64,000 nt of DNA, taken from Candidatus Cloacimonadales bacterium. GTDB taxonomy: Bacteria > Cloacimonadota > Cloacimonadia > Cloacimonadales > JAFGVF01. Shown here piece after piece: positions 61,165 through 64,000 of this stretch. Made by a program: the position numbers and the translations under genes. The stretch lies in NCBI GenBank assembly GCA_963663475.2, contig CAXXJV010000001.1, positions 2,720,001 through 2,784,000 on the forward strand, in the 5' to 3' direction. The number at the start of each line of letters is the position of its first letter. Position 1 is the first letter of the stretch. Below the pieces are notes generated by a model that searched no databases, was not told the DNA's origin, and was given only the letters and a program-made list of their open reading frames with translations.

Positions 61165-61917
61165 TTATAATTTTCCACCTGTTATAAAAATTTCTTCACC
61201 TGTGATAAGTCTATTCTTGGCTGATAAGAGAAAGTCACAAGTTTCCAAGATATCTTGAGCTTTAACTAGTTTCTTGAGAGGAGTATTCTCTAGTTCTTTA
61301 GCAAAATAACTTTCTCTAAATTTCTGATATTCTTCTGAGAAATGTGACTGATCAGCATCAACTGGACCTGGAGAGATAATATTAATCATAATATTATATT
61401 TTCCATACTCTAAGGCAATAGTTCGAGCTAAATTGCCTAAAGCCCCCTTGGAAACTGCATAAGCAGAGCCAAATTTTAAGCCAGTACGACTTATATTAGA
61501 GCCAATCAAAACAATTCTTCCTTCTTCCTTCTCTTGGTAATAAGGGAGCAAGTTCCTTAGCAAATTATATGTAGAGAACAAGTTATTGTTAACTACAGAA
61601 TACCATTTCCTAGGATCAGTTTCAGCTAGAGGTAAAAAATCACTAGATCTTACAGCTGAAGTATGAATAACTTTGCTGGGAAGTCCTTTTTCACTTTCTC
61701 TTAATTTCTTAACAAGGGAAGCAAGTTGCTGAAAATCTGTAAGATCACATTTTTCAATAAGCAAATTATCAGGATAGTCTTGCAGAAGTTGTGTTAATCT
61801 ACTGATATTTCGGTGTACCAAAGCAATTACATGATAGCTTTTCTTAAGATATTCAGCTGTTAGAACTGAACCTATAGCTCCATTAGCCCCTGTTATTATA
61901 ATTGCTTTATTTCCCAT
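61165..61917 (-). CDS. Short-chain dehydrogenase/reductase
   Basis: TGANGAIG, YAVSK, ISPG. Confidence 0.88.
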   Translation of the reverse strand: MGNKAIIITGANGAIGSVLTAEYLKKSYHVIALVHRNISRLTQLLQDYPDNLLIEKCDLTDFQQLASLVKKLRESEKGLPSKVIHTSAVRSSDFLPLAETDPRKWYSVVNNNLFSTYNLLRNLLPYYQEKEEGRIVLIGSNISRTGLKFGSAYAVSKGALGNLARTIALEYGKYNIMINIISPGPVDADQSHFSEEYQKFRESYFAKELENTPLKKLVKAQDILETCDFLLSAKNRLITGEEIFITGGKL

Positions 61918-61951
61918 AGTTAAACCCTTTTTTAAAACTCAAATTTATTAA

Positions 61952-63136
61952 TTAATTTTCTTTAACACTATTTTTTAAATCTTCTATTGTGTCAATAATC
62001 TTGTGAGCTAAGTCAAATTTTGTACCTTTAAATTCTGTTACCGAGCTGGAACTAATTAGGTAAGCAAGGGTATTATCACTCTGAGATACAGAGATGTCAT
62101 TAGCTATTATTAGGTCTAGATTTTTCTTGTGTAATTTTACTTTTGCATTTTCAATAATATTTTCTGATTCTGCAGCAAAGCCAACTAAAATTTGTCCCTC
62201 TCGTTTATTTTCTCCTAAGTAATGTAAAATGTCTTGTGTTCTCTTAAGCTGTAAAGTAAGGTCTCCTGCTTTCTTAATCTTATGATTTTCTTTGTTTACT
62301 GGACTATAATCAGCAACAGCTGCAGACATAATAATAACATCATGTTTATCGGCCTGAGTTTTAACCTTTAAAAACATTTCTTGAGCTGAAAGACTTTCAT
62401 GGGATTGTTCAAGATAATAAGGTACTTCTTGACTAATACGACCATGAATAATTGAGACATTTGCTCCTCTAAGATGAATTGCCCTAGCGAGAGCTATTCC
62501 CATTTTACCAGAAGAGTGGTTACTAATAAAACGCATGGGATCAATTGCTTCTTGACTAGCTCCCAAAGTGACTAAATAATTTCCTCTAAGATTTGCTTTA
62601 TGCTGTAAGTAAGTAATTATAGCTGGAATAATCTCTTCATTGGGTGGATACTTTCCCCTACCTTCATAACCACAAGCAAGCATACCTTTTTCAGGAATCA
62701 AGACATGAATTCCTCTTTCCTGTATTACTTGCAGATTATGCTGAACAGCAAGATTATGATACATATTAACGTTCATAGCTGGAACTACTAAAATAGCTTT
62801 ATGGAAGGCTAACATTGTTGAGCTTGCTAAATCATCAGCAATCCCATTAGCCATCTTTCCAATTATATTAGCAGTTGCAGGAGCTATTACCATTATATCA
62901 GCCCAATCGGCTAAAGTAATATGGGCTATAGGTTCATTTAAATCAAACTGATCTGTGTAAGTTGCTTGACCTGTAATGGCTCTGAAATTTATCTCACTAA
63001 TGAATTCTGTAGCACTTTTTGTTAGAATAGTTCTGACTTGAGCTCCTAATTTCTTTAATCTGCTAGCTAAATCTATAGCCTTATAAGCAGCTATACCACC
63101 AGTAACTATCAAGAGAATTCTTTTATCTTTTAACAT
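61952..63136 (-). CDS. coaBC: Bifunctional phosphopantothenoylcysteine decarboxylase/synthetase
   Basis: TGGIAAYK, APATAN, PAMN, IDPMRFISNHSSGKMG, AAVADY, VGFAAE. Confidence 0.95.
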   Translation of the reverse strand: MLKDKRILLIVTGGIAAYKAIDLASRLKKLGAQVRTILTKSATEFISEINFRAITGQATYTDQFDLNEPIAHITLADWADIMVIAPATANIIGKMANGIADDLASSTMLAFHKAILVVPAMNVNMYHNLAVQHNLQVIQERGIHVLIPEKGMLACGYEGRGKYPPNEEIIPAIITYLQHKANLRGNYLVTLGASQEAIDPMRFISNHSSGKMGIALARAIHLRGANVSIIHGRISQEVPYYLEQSHESLSAQEMFLKVKTQADKHDVIIMSAAVADYSPVNKENHKIKKAGDLTLQLKRTQDILHYLGENKREGQILVGFAAESENIIENAKVKLHKKNLDLIIANDISVSQSDNTLAYLISSSSVTEFKGTKFDLAHKIIDTIEDLKNSVKEN

Positions 63137-63188
63137 TTTACTTTCCTTTGAAAATTAAGTTTTAATAAGATAAAATTACATTGAGGAA

Positions 63189-63263
63189 TGTCAAGAAGAA
63201 ATTCTGAATCTTTCCTTTCAAACTCTAGGTCTCCTGAAGCCTCAGCAAACATAAGTATTGACA
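63189..63263. promoter_or_regulatory. Divergent sigma70-type -35 boxes for coaBC and ligA
   Basis: tgtcaa at 63189-63194 (minus) and TTGACA at 63258-63263 (plus). Confidence 0.6.
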
Positions 63264-63313
63264 AATAATCTAAAAGATGAGAAAATGCAAAAAAATATAA
63301 GGTTAAGTAGATA

Positions 63314-64000
63314 ATGGCAAATAACAAAAAGATAGAAAAAGAGATAAAGAATCTTAAAAATGAGATAGAATACCATAATAATCTCTACTATCATGATAAT
63401 GATCCAGAGATTAGTGACTTTGAATATGATAGTTTAGTGATTCGCTTTAAAGAGCTTCTTCAAGAGTATCCACAATTTGCTGAACTAGGAAAAGTTCTTG
63501 ATAAAGTGGGAAATGACCTAGTCCAAGACGGTGAAACTATAAGTCATAAAGAAAGAATGTATAGTTTAGCTAATGCCTACTCATTAGAAGAGGTAGCTTC
63601 TTTTTTTAAGAAAATCTATGCTAGTTATCCTAGTTATGACTTTGATCTTGTTTTAGAACAGAAGATTGATGGATTTTCAATAAATCTTTTCTATGATAAG
63701 GGCAAGCTTCAATATGCCACTACTAGAGGAGATGGTTTTAAGGGAGAAGTTATCACTTCCAATGCTTTAACAATAGCAGATATCCCACAAGAAATACCTT
63801 ATAAAGGGAAAATTGAAGTTAGAGGTGAAGTCTATCTTTCTCTTTCCGACTTCCTAAGAATTAATCAGGAACGACAAGAAAATGGACAGAAAGTCTTTGC
63901 CAACCCTCGTAATGCTGCAGCAGGGACTATCAAACTTAAAGATAGTTTAGAAGTTAAAAGAAGAAAATTGGCTTCCTTTATCTATTCTTTAGGACAACAT
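63314..64000 (+). CDS. ligA: NAD-dependent DNA ligase (5' part, runs off the window end)
   Basis: Manual translation MANNKK...HNNLYY...ISDFEYD...MYSL.N...EQKIDG...TRGDG...EVRGEV...FANPRNAAAG. Confidence 0.95.
   Translation, partial: MANNKKIEKEIKNLKNEIEYHNNLYYHDNDPEISDFEYDSLVIRFKELLQEYPQFAELGKVLDKVGNDLVQDGETISHKERMYSLANAYSLEEVASFFKKIYASYPSYDFDLVLEQKIDGFSINLFYDKGKLQYATTRGDGFKGEVITSNALTIADIPQEIPYKGKIEVRGEVYLSLSDFLRINQERQENGQKVFANPRNAAAGTIKLKDSLEVKRRKLASFIYSLGQH

Overview
AT-rich bacterial chromosomal segment with genes almost all on the minus strand. The organism is probably a diderm FCB-group bacterium such as Cloacimonadota. This is an inference from a FlgD/T9SS-type C-terminal tail and the style of the SUMF1/FGE proteins. 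Housekeeping genes include ddl, transketolase, msrBA, recJ, PEP carboxykinase, rplU-rpmA, RNase G/E, sppA, birA, queA, coaBC, partial ligA and tRNA-Pro(GGG). The most notable items are: (1) a tightly coupled operon of a secreted protein, a soluble tandem-FecR protein, an 810-aa beta-barrel-like protein and a CHASE2 adenylate cyclase, a candidate trans-envelope cAMP signalling system with no ECF sigma factor; (2) a ~162-bp fully palindromic (foldback) MITE family with five intact copies, each CCC...GGG-ended with a 5-bp AT-rich target duplication, plus two decayed copies; (3) an intact IS21-family element inserted into a 203-bp REP-like tandem repeat; (4) a 59-aa ferredoxin missing from the ORF track, coupled to an archaeal-type geranylgeranyl reductase in a lipid-modification operon; (5) a surface protein with four FGE/C-type-lectin domains whose binding loops are hypervariable; (6) an ABC permease-M1 aminopeptidase fusion and an NYN-cold-shock fusion. 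All product calls come from motif recognition by eye. No database searches were run.
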